A stretch of 64,000 nt of DNA, taken from NCBI GenBank assembly GCA_963847445.1, contig CAWJZV010000030.1, positions 384,001 to 448,000 of the forward strand, in the 5' to 3' direction. The stretch's first letter is position 1, and the number at the start of each line of letters is the position of its first letter. A program made the translations under genes and the position numbers. Shown in pieces: positions 10,101 through 19,488 of the stretch. The notes below the pieces were generated by a model that had not been told where the DNA came from, made no database searches, and saw nothing but the letters and a program-made list of their open reading frames with translations. This DNA is from an uncultured delta proteobacterium. GTDB taxonomy: Bacteria > Desulfobacterota > Binatia > UBA9968.

Positions 10101-10430
10101 GATTTCCCATTACGAAAGTTGCCTTCGCAGCGGTTAAGACGCGGTCGGAGCACCGACTGCCGGCGCGAGCTGACGACGCTTTGAACGAACGACTAGTCAA
10201 CCCCTTGCTCGATTTGAATTTGGAGATCAGCAACAGTCGATATGCGCGCTTTTGCTGGGCTTCGATCCGCTCGCCGAGGACGAACTCGACGAAATCGACA
10301 CGGCGCTGGACAGCGAACGGACCGACAAGTCAAACGAGTCGTTTTTCAACACCGAGACAAGGTCGCTGCATGGTCCAAGGAGCAAGGGCTAACCGCCCGC
10401 TCGCGGCTCACGCGCCGCTAGTCAGGACTC
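10100..10430 (+). pseudogene. Degenerate copy of the 3' part of the TIR/NDT gene
   Basis: 10370-10429 aligns with 6953-7011 (ggtccaaggagcaagggcta...tcacgcgccgctagtcaggact vs ggttcaaggagcaggggcta...tcacgcgccgatagtcaggact). Confidence 0.55.
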
Positions 10431-10515
10431 GCGCCGTGTACTGCAGCAAATCATTATGGGAAGTCCTGCGCGGTCAACGTATCGTGCGCCTGCGGTCGAA
10501 CTCTACAGACTCAAT

Positions 10516-10596
10516 GCTGAACGTTCCGGGTGTCGATTAACTTCGGCGGCGTTTGTATGATTTGCTAATCGGAACAGTTAAAACACCCGGTTTCGG
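10516..10596 (-). repeat. Atypical attC-like hairpin
   Basis: Minus strand CCGAAAC-cgggtgttttaact...agttaatcgacacccgg-aac-GTTCAGC. Confidence 0.35.
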
Positions 10597-10653
10597 ATCC
10601 CAGCATGACGCCAGTAAAGTGAGAACGGCTGATCGGCACCCGAAACGGCAAAT

Positions 10654-11160
10654 TCATTTCAGTACTGCATCGCGCCACCGCGTTAGAAATGGAACGAGAT
10701 TCACGAACCGAGCGAGAAGCGGGTTAAGGATTTCATACAGGGTGCTCGTCAGCGGATAAGGACGGTTGGTATCGACACCCAGACTCTGGATCACTTCGAG
10801 CGTTTGCTTGGTCTGATTACTGGGCGCGCCGAGAGACCACTCAGGACTGTGCTTCCAGTGATTGGCGCCAGCGTTTATCAGTTCGGCCACGGATCGACCT
10901 GTTCCATGCTTCGGACCGAGTGCGAGAGCTTTGCGCTTGTCAATCTGGCGTCGATTCATTGCAGCTGTGGCGTACGTTTGGCATGCAACGAATCCGAATC
11001 CGGTGATATATTCAATATGATCGAAGATTCCAAACGAATCTGGATCCCAGCTTGCCTGCGCCTCTTTGTCCTGGCGTTCTAGCCTCGTATCAACAAGTGC
11101 CGCCGCAGCCTCAAGAAAAAATCCAGATCGAAGTCTAGGATCATCATCTACTTCCGCACC
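10654..11160 (-). CDS. Hypothetical protein with ANHWKH motif (cassette-like; start uncertain)
   Basis: Open ~165-187 aa frame with FGFVACQTY and INAGANHWKHSPEW; flanked by hairpins. Confidence 0.6.
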   Translation of the reverse strand, partial: GAEVDDDPRLRSGFFLEAAAALVDTRLERQDKEAQASWDPDSFGIFDHIEYITGFGFVACQTYATAAMNRRQIDKRKALALGPKHGTGRSVAELINAGANHWKHSPEWSLGAPSNQTKQTLEVIQSLGVDTNRPYPLTSTLYEILNPLLARFVNLVPFLTRWRDAVLK

Positions 11161-11190
11161 CTTCGCCTTCGAACAGGCAAGCTCCCCTTT

Positions 11191-11225
11191 TGTGCCGACT
11201 CTGTGCGTCCGACACATTGTTATGC
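11191..11225 (-). repeat. attC-like half site/hairpin overlapping the res stop codon
   Basis: Minus strand GCATAAC (contains the TAA stop), then tgtgtcGgac/gtcggcaca stem with one extra G. Confidence 0.4.
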
Positions 11226-13918
11226 TTCCGCTTTGTATTCCCTGAAGCCGCCTGTCAACTCCCGGAACGTCTTTGGTTTGTATTTCTCGAAGCTCGCTTC
11301 GTCCACGTAAACGAAGTCATATTCCACGTCTGCCTGCACCCGGTTGATGTCTTCACACCATTGTCGCAACCGTCGCATCTTCAGCGGCACGTCAAGATCT
11401 TCCTGCCCCTTGGTTTCGGCAATGACAATTCGCTTATCGGATAGCTTGACCAGAAAATCCGGGTAGTAGTTGGATATATCGCCGTCCGCTTTCACGTAGT
11501 CGAGCTTGAAATGCACCGCCAGATAATTCTTGGCGTAGGACACCACATCGTCGCAGTCTTCGAGGAAGCGCGCGAAGCGCAATTCAAGAGGGCTGTCTCC
11601 AATGATGCGGTTAAAGACACTCTTCTTCGGGATCAAGTAGCCCTGATCCTTTGCGACGAAGGGGCGCGTCTGTCGCAGCTTGATTGTGTCACGAATCTCG
11701 GCGTCGCCCTTGTCCTGCACGGTCAGCGCGTTGATTGCCTTTTTAAACGTTTCGATCAGGGTCTTGGTGGCGGCCAGTTCCGACAGATTGCGGAGTGTGT
11801 TGGGGGTGTCCAGGTCCACCGGGCGGTCGAACAGCTGCTCTTGGACAAATGTTTTAACCTTGCCATAGAGCACGTCGTAACCGCTGACCAGGCGCAAGTC
11901 CTTCATCACGGTCTGTGCGAAGAAACCGATCACGCTGCTGTAATCGGCAACGCCACCAGTGTCGAGGACAATGCTATGGTTCACCACGCCGGTAATGCTG
12001 TCTTTGAAAACGATCTCCCGCTGCTCCTCCTCACTGAACTGCCGGTAGGCAACGCGTTGATTCCCCAGCGCGCCCACGTCCAGCGCTGCCAGATTCTTAT
12101 ATTCCCGGTAGATCCTCGGCGTCAGCACGGGAATTTCAATATCCAGCGCGTCGATGTCCTTCTTTTCGTTCTCCTTGTCGATCTCCACCACCAGCGGCGT
12201 CTTAGGCTGCGTGCCTTCGCCCATCGGCTTGCGCTCCAGCACCACGCCTTCCGCCTGAATCGATTCCACGAAATCCATAAAAGCATTCGTGCCGACTACG
12301 CTAACGTATTCCTCCACGTCGGGGTACATCTTGCGCAGGCCGCGCCCGAGGGTTTGTTCAGGCAGGATGTTGCTCTTGGCGGAATAGGCGCGCAGCCCGA
12401 CAATGGTGGTGACGTTGCGCACGTCCCAGTCCTCTTTGAGCACCATCACGGAAATGATCGCCTTGTAAGGGCTGTCCAAGCTGTCAATCGCGTTGGCTTG
12501 CTCGCGCAGCTTATCCAGCTCTTCTTTGCTCTTGCCTGACGTTGATTCGGAAATCTCGCCGTTGCTCTTGGTGTGGATGACCAGCACGGCGTCTTTCAGA
12601 TCGGGGTAGTGGCCTTCAAGATATTCGGCCACCTCGTCGCAATTGCGGGTATCGGCGGTCATCACGAACAGGATCGCCTTCTTGCCGAGCTTTTCGTGTT
12701 CGGTGTAGCTCTTGCGCCACTCGATTACGCCCAGGTGAATATAGTCGGCGTATTTCTCGGTGTACTTGGCGCTCTGGCGCTCCACCAGCTTGGCCCGGCT
12801 CGGAGCATCGGGCAGGACCGGATGCTTCACCACGTTTTGCTTGATAGCTTCCACCAGCGGGTAATCGGCCACGGTCTGCACGAAGATCGCGCCGTTGTTG
12901 TGTTTGGGCGTGGCGGTTACGTCTACTTGCAGAGCGAGCGCCGCCCCTTTCTGCTTCAGGCGGTTGTGAATGTCCTCGATGGACTTGAACCACGCCATGT
13001 CGGGATCGTGGATATGGTGCGCTTCGTCATTGAGCACAATCAGTTCGTCGATGTCGCGCACGATCATAGCCAAGATCGACCTTGCTGTCGGTGGTTCCGC
13101 CGGTTGGGCGCGGCCCCAGGAAATAGTCCATCGTGTTTTCGTCGTCGGCGCGTGGGGATCGACTCATCGCCGGCATAAACGCGATGAATGTTCGTCAGGA
13201 AGATATTGCCCGTGTTGCGGACGACTGCGCACTTCGTCCTGTACGTGCAACGTCAACTGAAAGTCGTCGTGCCAGTTGCGGCCATCGAAGCCGTTGTCGG
13301 GCACAGACCGGATCCTCAAAGAAGATGCGCAGGCCGTCGAAGTCCTTGCGAATGCGGTCGAGCACGATGATGTTCGGCGCGATCACGAGAAAGTTGTGGG
13401 CGAGCTTCGAATCCGGCTCATACAGTTTGTGAAAGAAGCTCCACGCCAACACCAGGCTCAGAACCTTCGTCTTGCCCGTGCCCGTCGCCATCTTCACGAC
13501 CAGGCGGCGCCAGTCTCATCGAACAGGCTCGCCTTTGACTTCACCGGAACGGAATCGAATCGCATCAGGCCGAACTTGTCCTTGAACGGCGTACGCTCCA
13601 TCAAATAGATGATCGTCTCCAACGCCTCGCGTTGGGCGAAGAAGTATGGAACTCGTGCATCAGCGAGCCGGCGTAAGCGGCCGGCGTCAAATGTGGCTCG
13701 TAAAACCACCAGCGCAACAGGCTCTTGCTCGTCGTCGGTCGCGTCTTCATAGCCGCGATCGCGCCACGCCTTTACTTCCTTTCGCAGCATGCGGCACAAG
13801 TGGCGGCATCAGCTGATCGGCCCGCTTTTCGCGCAGACGCTTCGTCGGCGGGGAACCAGCGGATCGATGGATCGAGGATCGCGTGCGGGTCGGTCGGAAA
13901 GCTGGAATGCAGGGCCAT
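11220..13918 (-). CDS. res: Type III restriction enzyme Res subunit (SF2 helicase + PD-(D/E)xK nuclease), frameshifted
   Basis: FAQREALET, KMATGTGKT, DEAHH, TATP, QTLGRGLR and YYPDFLV...ETKG; ATG overlaps the mod stop (TAATG at 13916-13920). Confidence 0.9.
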
Positions 13919-16212
13919 TACTTCTTCCCTCCCAGCGACACATCCACGATCGTCATCGTGTCATTGCCGAAGATGTCCACCACCTTCACCGCGATCTTCA
14001 CGCGCTTCCGTCGCCGTCTCGCGGTAGACGCGGTCAGTTCCAGCGAGCGATCCTTCTTCGTGCGGAAGCTCTGCCATTCGTTCTCGAAGATGTAGTCGCC
14101 CGTCCATTTCTCTTCCGATCTCGCCCGGGTTCAGCGCTTCGTCCTGTCGACGCGGATGATCATTCGCGCTTGCTCTCGAAATCGAAATCGACCGACCAGT
14201 AGTCGATCCAGTCCGTCCAGGTCTTCGTCAGCTTCGCGTTGTCACGACGCCGTTCTTGTCCTTGCTCACCTTGACGATCTGGCCCTTCTCCACGACGATC
14301 TTGCTGCCCTTCTCCTTGAGCGATTCGCCGCGGCGTTGGCGATGGATCCTGCGAGTAGAACACCGAGAAATCGGTAAGCTGCACCGCCACCGTGTTCCCT
14401 TGACCAGCGGCTTCACCTCGATGGCCGCCACGTCGTGGAAGACCACCTGGTTCTTCTCGACCGCCCGCTTGTCGAACACCTCGGCCGGGATGTACTTCGG
14501 CGGAATGTCGATGCCCTTTGGCTTTCGCCTCGTCCAGCACGTTGGGGAACAGGCCCATCTCGAATTCGAAGCCGAGCAGGTCCACCTTGGTGATGCGCTT
14601 CTGCCGGCATTCGAGGATGATCTCCTCGACGAACAGCCGCGTCACCGGCAGGTTGACGGGCCCGACCACCACCATCCGCCCCGCCTTCTTGCCGTGGAAG
14701 GTGGCGAAGCCCGTCGGTCTTCTCGGCCTGGTACGCCTGGAGGATCAGATCGAGAAACGCGGCTTCCTTGGCGTCGAGTTGTTGTCGCTGTTCTTCCTCG
14801 CGCAGGTTCGGGTTCACGCCGACGAATGCTGCCGTTCGTACTTGCCCAGGTTGAGGATTTCAAAGGCGCGGTAGTCCTGGCCTTCGGCCTTCAAGTTCGC
14901 GCTGCACGCCGATCAGGCGTTTGCGCGTGGTGTGTATGGCGAACTTGCCGAGATCGCTGACGATCCACTTGCGGCCCAGCTTCTCGGCCACCGCCGCCGT
15001 CGTGCCGGAGCCGCAGAAGAAATCGGCGACGATGTCGTTTTCGTTGGAGGAAGCGCTTGATGATGCGTTCGAGGAGGGCTTCGGGTTTTTGGGTTGGATA
15101 GTCCGATGTCTTTCGTAGGCTTGTGAGTTGATCGCGTGAAATATCAGCCCAAAGGTTCTGAACGGCATGCCCTTGCAGCTTCATCGAGGTATACTCTTTA
15201 GACGTGGCTCTTCCATTGTTTGGGGAAATCAATACGCCCTTCTGCGCATCAAATTCTTCCATCTTTTCTTTCGTACCGCCCAGCCGTTCGGAGGCGGACT
15301 TATATCCCTTGTACTCATAAATCAGATTCTGGCCGCTAGTGCCGGGATTAATCGATGCTCAAGTCGTGTATCTGCGCGACCGTCTTCATCGATGTTTGTG
15401 AAACGTGCTTTCGATATACTCCTCGGTATACGGCGGATCATTGTTGATTCCAGATGAAGTCATCTGATTTTGCGTAGAAAGATAAATCGTGTCGCGAATT
15501 CATTCGATTCCTGTGCCGATCATTGCGTGCGACGCGTCCGTTTCCAAACTAATCTCGATTCGTAAAATGCTTGATCTCCAAACACTTCGTCGAGCAACCT
15601 GACGAATGTAAACCGTTACTCGCCAATCGCAATGCACATAAATACTCCCATCCTCCGCCAGCAAATCGCGCATCAGGATCAGCCGTTCGTAGATCATGGC
15701 GATGAACGAATCGGCCCCTTGCCCCAGGTGTCGCGGTAGGCGATTTCTTCGAGGATGTTGGGCTTCTTGGTGAAGGTGTCGTCGCCGATTTCGATGTCCA
15801 TGCTGAAATCGGCGCCGACGTCAAAGGGCGGATCGATGTAGATGAGCTTGAGGCCGCCCTGCTTTTCGATCTCCTCGCGCAGCGGGCCGTTCTTCAGCGA
15901 TGAGAGGATGAGCTTGTTGTCGCCCCAGATGAGCTTGTTGGTCCAGCCCTTGAGCTGGCGGCCGCGCTCGTCAAAAACGCAATCCTTGTGGATCGCCGTG
16001 TCCTCTGGCTTCTTCGCGCGCGGCTCATCGACCTGCTCGATCACCTGAAACGGCAGCACGACATTGCAGACCTCGCTGGTCTTGCCGTTCCAGACCAGCT
16101 CCACCTCGCGCTTGTCGTCGAAGAGCAGGAAGCGATACTTGTCCGGCAGCGGCTTGTCGGCCTCCAGAAAGCGGATGATCTCTTGTTGTTCTTGTTCGGT
16201 CAGTCGCGGCAT
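13918..16212 (-). CDS. mod: Type III R-M Mod subunit, N6A/N4C DNA methyltransferase (beta class), heavily frameshifted
   Basis: [38 protein letters not shown] and DFFCGSGTT motifs in successive frames. Confidence 0.9.
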
Positions 16213-16276
16213 GGAATTTTTCTTCTATTCAGGCGAGGGGACGCGATAAAAATATAAAACGTTTCAATCAGACGAC

Positions 16277-17032
16277 CTAAGAGCGCGTAGTGGTTTTAGG
16301 GTCGGCTGAATTGGCGTGTTCGATTTCCAGTTCCTCCTCTTTTCTAAGCGCCTGATCGAATAGGCGATCCATTTCGAAAGTTCTTTGCTGCAACCATTCC
16401 CTGTTACGATTGTAAAGCCATGATAGAATTCTATGGATTTTTCTATAGTAGCTCTCTAGCGATGTGCCAAATGCAACCCCTCTGTCTTGGGTTTCGATAA
16501 ACTCTTTTACTGGCCGAGGCCATTTTGTCCACCGTAGCAGCAGCCGCTTGTCCAAGATAGATTGTGTGAATGTCTCTTTCCCATTCGAATGGAATATGTG
16601 ATTGAAAACGGATCGTAATGAAGGAGGTAATTGCGGAGTTCTTGTAAGATCTGTGATTGAACCGAGTCAACAAACAATTCTTTTACTTTAGCATCATATT
16701 CTGTTTTGACCCCCTTCTCATCTAGCCGGTCCCGATGCACATTGCGCGTGTGATCAACCAAAGTCATTATCGCGGCACAGTAGTTGTGCAGCAACCTTAA
16801 TACAGTTCCATTAAATACTTTTCCTTTTTCTCGTTTTTGAATAGTGAATGGCCAACCCAATAGTTCCTGATGGTGCTAATAATTTTTCGTGAAAATCCTT
16901 AGATTGCGATAATTGCCAAAAAACAAATCGACACGAATAGGTTATTCTTTTGAACTCGGACAGAAGCATCATCCCATCCGAAGACAGAAATGCCTCCCTG
17001 GCAGATTTGTACTCGTCATACGCTGAAGGCAT
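16277..17032 (-). CDS. Low-GC cassette gene with HEPN-like RxxxxH motif (frameshifted into three ORFs)
   Basis: RLLHNYCAAIMTLVDHTR...LQELRNYLLHY; the ATG lies about 10 nt after the attC R' site. Confidence 0.6.
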
Positions 17033-17042
17033 ACTATTTCAG

Positions 17043-17129
17043 TCGAAACGTTGTGCTCTGGGCGGGCCAGCACGGCGGCGAACAATGGTACGACGCTCCC
17101 GGTCCGTCCGCAGCAGCAAAAGGTTAGAG
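17043..17129 (-). repeat. Integron attC recombination site
   Basis: Minus strand CTCTAAC-cttttGCTGCTGCGGAC...GCCCGCCCAGAGC-acaac-GTTTCGA, with AAC/GTT ends, L boxes and an extrahelical G; 87 bp. Confidence 0.75.
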
Positions 17130-17134
17130 CGCAG

Positions 17135-17618
17135 TTATAGGCGGTATTGCGGTAACTCAACGTTTGCTTCATGGCAACTTCAATACGCCTTTGGCCCAGG
17201 CGGCCAATAAGCCAGCAGAAAGCCCGGAGAAGGAAACGACCAGAGTCGATCCGCAATACTTTCGTCTCTGTTCGTCAAGTAGAGTGCGCCCTTAGCTTTC
17301 TAAAAACGCGTCCTTCTCCGGATTGATGCTTCCAGGAGATTTAATATCCAAGCATAGTGAATTTCACCCTGCGTATTCTAATGAAGACCAAACATATGAA
17401 GCGTGGTGGCTAAAGAAAATTCACGCATTTCCTCGGCACCGCTAGGCGGCGTGTGATTAATGGTCATTCCCAGATATCCTTCCTCCAAAAGAAGTGCCAG
17501 CGGATATTGATCGAGGTGGTCTTTATGACGGTCAGCCTCCAAGTCGAATCGCCCGCGAAAGAGAAACCTCTCCGCGTTTCTCGACCTCTTTCAATATTTG
17601 TAGCGCGATACCGTTCAT
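17135..17618 (-). CDS. Cassette-borne hypothetical protein (frameshifted; missed by the ORF track)
   Basis: ATG at 17618 just after GTTAGAGCGC; reads MNGIALQILKEVEKRGEVSLSRAIRL then DHLDQYPLALLLEEGYLGMTINH in a shifted frame. Confidence 0.5.
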
Positions 17619-17625
17619 CGATGCG

Positions 17626-17720
17626 CTCTAACGTATAGCGTTTTATCCCTCAAAGCTTGGAGGCAATCAAGTCGCGGCGATCGCGCCGAAGTCGCGCCAA
17701 GGGGATAAAACGTGTTGGAC
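17626..17720 (-). repeat. attC-like site with offset stem
   Basis: Minus strand GTCCAAC-acgttttatcccc...gggataaaacg-ctatac-GTTAGAG; R'' fits RYYYAAC. Confidence 0.55.
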
Positions 17721-17724
17721 TAAA

Positions 17725-18100
17725 CCGCGGAGCAGCTGTGCAGCGTCGGTTATGGCGGGTTTTGACACGGCGCAGCCACATCGAGTGTGGCGCCTCGTTA
17801 ACGATGGAACGGGCTGTGGGTGAAGGTTGAGATCGGCGCCGATAGTTTTTTCTTGATGGCGACGCTGCCATGCGGCTTCAGAGTCAGTTTTGGGCAGCGC
17901 CCGACACACCCGCGCCAGGCAGGCAGTTCGACAATCACACGAGCAAGATGCGATTGAACCTGGTTCATGAAGAATCCATACAAGGCGAGATTGACAAAGC
18001 TGATAGGTCGCACCCTGTAACATTTAAACTGTTCTGAGATACCGTAAAACGGCATCACAGCCACAGCTGCCAATGTCAAAAGTAAAGATGCGATCCTAAG
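17725..18100 (-). other. Probable degraded or frameshifted cassette ORF (hydrophobic fragments)
   Basis: Fragments such as LAAVAVMPFYGISEQF and LALYGFFM lie between two attC-like sites. Confidence 0.3.
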
Positions 18101-18113
18101 ATCCTAATGACTC

Positions 18114-18198
18114 AACCGAACAGATCGCTAAGAAATGTGCCTTAAATCGCCTCATTCTCGTCCTGCTAAATGGTCATTGCCATAGGGAGAAGTTATTT
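18114..18198 (-). repeat. Degenerate attC-like site
   Basis: Minus strand AAATAAC (overlaps the stop of the upstream gene)-N6-ctatggcaatg ... cattt-cttag-N6-GTTCGGT. Confidence 0.35.
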
Positions 18199-18684
18199 CG
18201 CGAAACCATCCCATGAAGCCGCGAGTCCAAGCAGGAACGTTCCCAAGACGTAGAATAATTTGAACAGGCGATTATGGACATCTTCCGCGAGCCATCCACG
18301 AGACGCTGACTCAACCTCAGGGCCGATCTGCCACAACGTGGCGGCAAGCAACATGAATGCCCCGAACAGTTGCAGCACCATCGTAACATACGCACTCGGC
18401 GGCCCTATATAATACTGCGCAAACCTTCCCAGAAGCACCGCAGCCAGGAGTGCGACAAACACCACGCAGAATGTGCCAATGAAACCTCGCCGCATTGCGG
18501 CGGCCTGCTTTAGATTGGCTTCTGCGAACTGCGCCTCATCGAAGGGAACTGGGTGCGTAATCTTCTTGGCCTTGTGATACTCAACAGCCAGACGATTGAA
18601 GCGTCTAGGCGCAAACAGGAACAGCAGAATGGCTTTCATGCGAAATGCGAGCACATGAAGAACGGTCTCTGACTTGCGATTCAT
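18193..18684 (-). CDS. Hypothetical membrane protein (about 3 TM segments), cassette-like; start uncertain
   Basis: Hydrophobic stretches FIGTFCVVFVALLAAVLLG, VLQLFGAFMLLAATLW and LFYVLGTFLLGLAASW. Confidence 0.65.
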   Translation of the reverse strand: MNRKSETVLHVLAFRMKAILLFLFAPRRFNRLAVEYHKAKKITHPVPFDEAQFAEANLKQAAAMRRGFIGTFCVVFVALLAAVLLGRFAQYYIGPPSAYVTMVLQLFGAFMLLAATLWQIGPEVESASRGWLAEDVHNRLFKLFYVLGTFLLGLAASWDGFAK

Positions 18685-18699
18685 ACTCAAATTTCGCTT

Positions 18700-18790
18700 C
18701 CCACTTTTGCAACGCACGGCTCACATTGGACGCATGGCACCCTAAAAAACTTGCAACCTCCGACGCTTGATATCCGTGCTCCAGCACGGA
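18700..18790 (-). pseudogene. C-terminal HTH relic, likely of a REP-associated tyrosine transposase (RAYT)
   Basis: LEHGYQASEVASFLGCHASNVSRALQK is a short HTH typical of RAYT C-termini; no catalytic domain is present. Confidence 0.45.
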
Positions 18791-18928
18791 ACTTCCGGGG
18801 ACATAATACCAATTTTAATTCGCGTCCAAGCTTTTCCGGCTTCTAACAAAGTTCGCGGTCTTCGTGCCCATCACCGTTTCCCAGTTGCTTCAAACCCGAT
18901 GCAGACGGAGGTCAAGCGTCGAGTGATA

Positions 18929-19168
18929 TTACGTTCTGCTTCCAGGCCCACGGGAAGTCGGTTTATTTTCTTTGGTAATCCTGATGAGAAAACGCAGCGC
19001 TTCATTCACCGCGTCCGCCGTGGGGAACGATTCTGCAACGTCGGGCTCTAGGCGGACCACCGAGCCTCCGAAACTCTTTCGACCAGGGCCCAATCGCCGC
19101 ACCGGCAAACTTTTGAGGTCGTACTCTGGCCGCAGATCATCTTTTATGTCGGGTTTACTCTTCTTCAT
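18929..19168 (-). CDS. brnA: BrnA-like antitoxin
   Basis: DDLRPEYD...VRLEPDVAESFPTADAVNEALRFLI; overlaps the end of brnT. Confidence 0.75.
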   Translation of the reverse strand: MKKSKPDIKDDLRPEYDLKSLPVRRLGPGRKSFGGSVVRLEPDVAESFPTADAVNEALRFLIRITKENKPTSRGPGSRT

Positions 19169-19345
19169 AGGCTTTTCTCTCCGCAGCGGTAACTTCTCTG
19201 GCGCTAATTAACCGCGTAACGTTTCCTCGTTCCGTGTACGACACAATCAATAAACGAGCCGCGACTCGCCTACGATGAGAAAACGATGTTCATCTAGCGA
19301 GTGGCCTGGATCGTAAAAGTCTACGTAGAGCGGATCGTGCGAAAA
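19155..19345 (-). pseudogene. brnT: BrnT (DUF497) toxin, 5' truncated
   Basis: DPLYVDFYDPGHSLDEHRFLIVGES..LLIVSYTERGNVTRLISAREVTAAERKAYEEE*; the N-terminal FEWD motif is absent. Confidence 0.75.
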
Positions 19346-19397
19346 TTACTAATGCGCCGACTATCACGCACTCGATGAATTCTTGTCAAACGACGAA

Positions 19398-19422
19398 GGG
19401 CGGGTTTAAAACCCGCCCCTAC
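19398..19422 (-). repeat. GTAG-family REP
   Basis: gtaggggcgggttttaaacccgccc, near-identical to 34020-34045. Confidence 0.75.
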
Positions 19423-19488
19423 GCTCGGAATTCCTCTTAGGAATCATTTTGCGCCCTTTGTGCTCTTTGTGGCTAAATCATCCCGTCT

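Noticed and set aside
11511-12539. Long antisense ORFs (also 21193-22260, 22803-23963, 35852-36949, 45575-46654, 47728-48978)
   Set aside because: They are shadow frames of high-GC genes on the opposite strand and show no family motifs.
13918-16212. Phase-variable mod (phasevarion)
   Set aside because: No simple-sequence repeat tract is seen in the mod 5' region, and the frameshifts are dispersed.
18835-18940. attC site downstream of brnA (GCAGAAC...GTTAGAA on the minus strand)
   Set aside because: Core-like ends are present but there is no convincing L-box pairing, so it is left unannotated.
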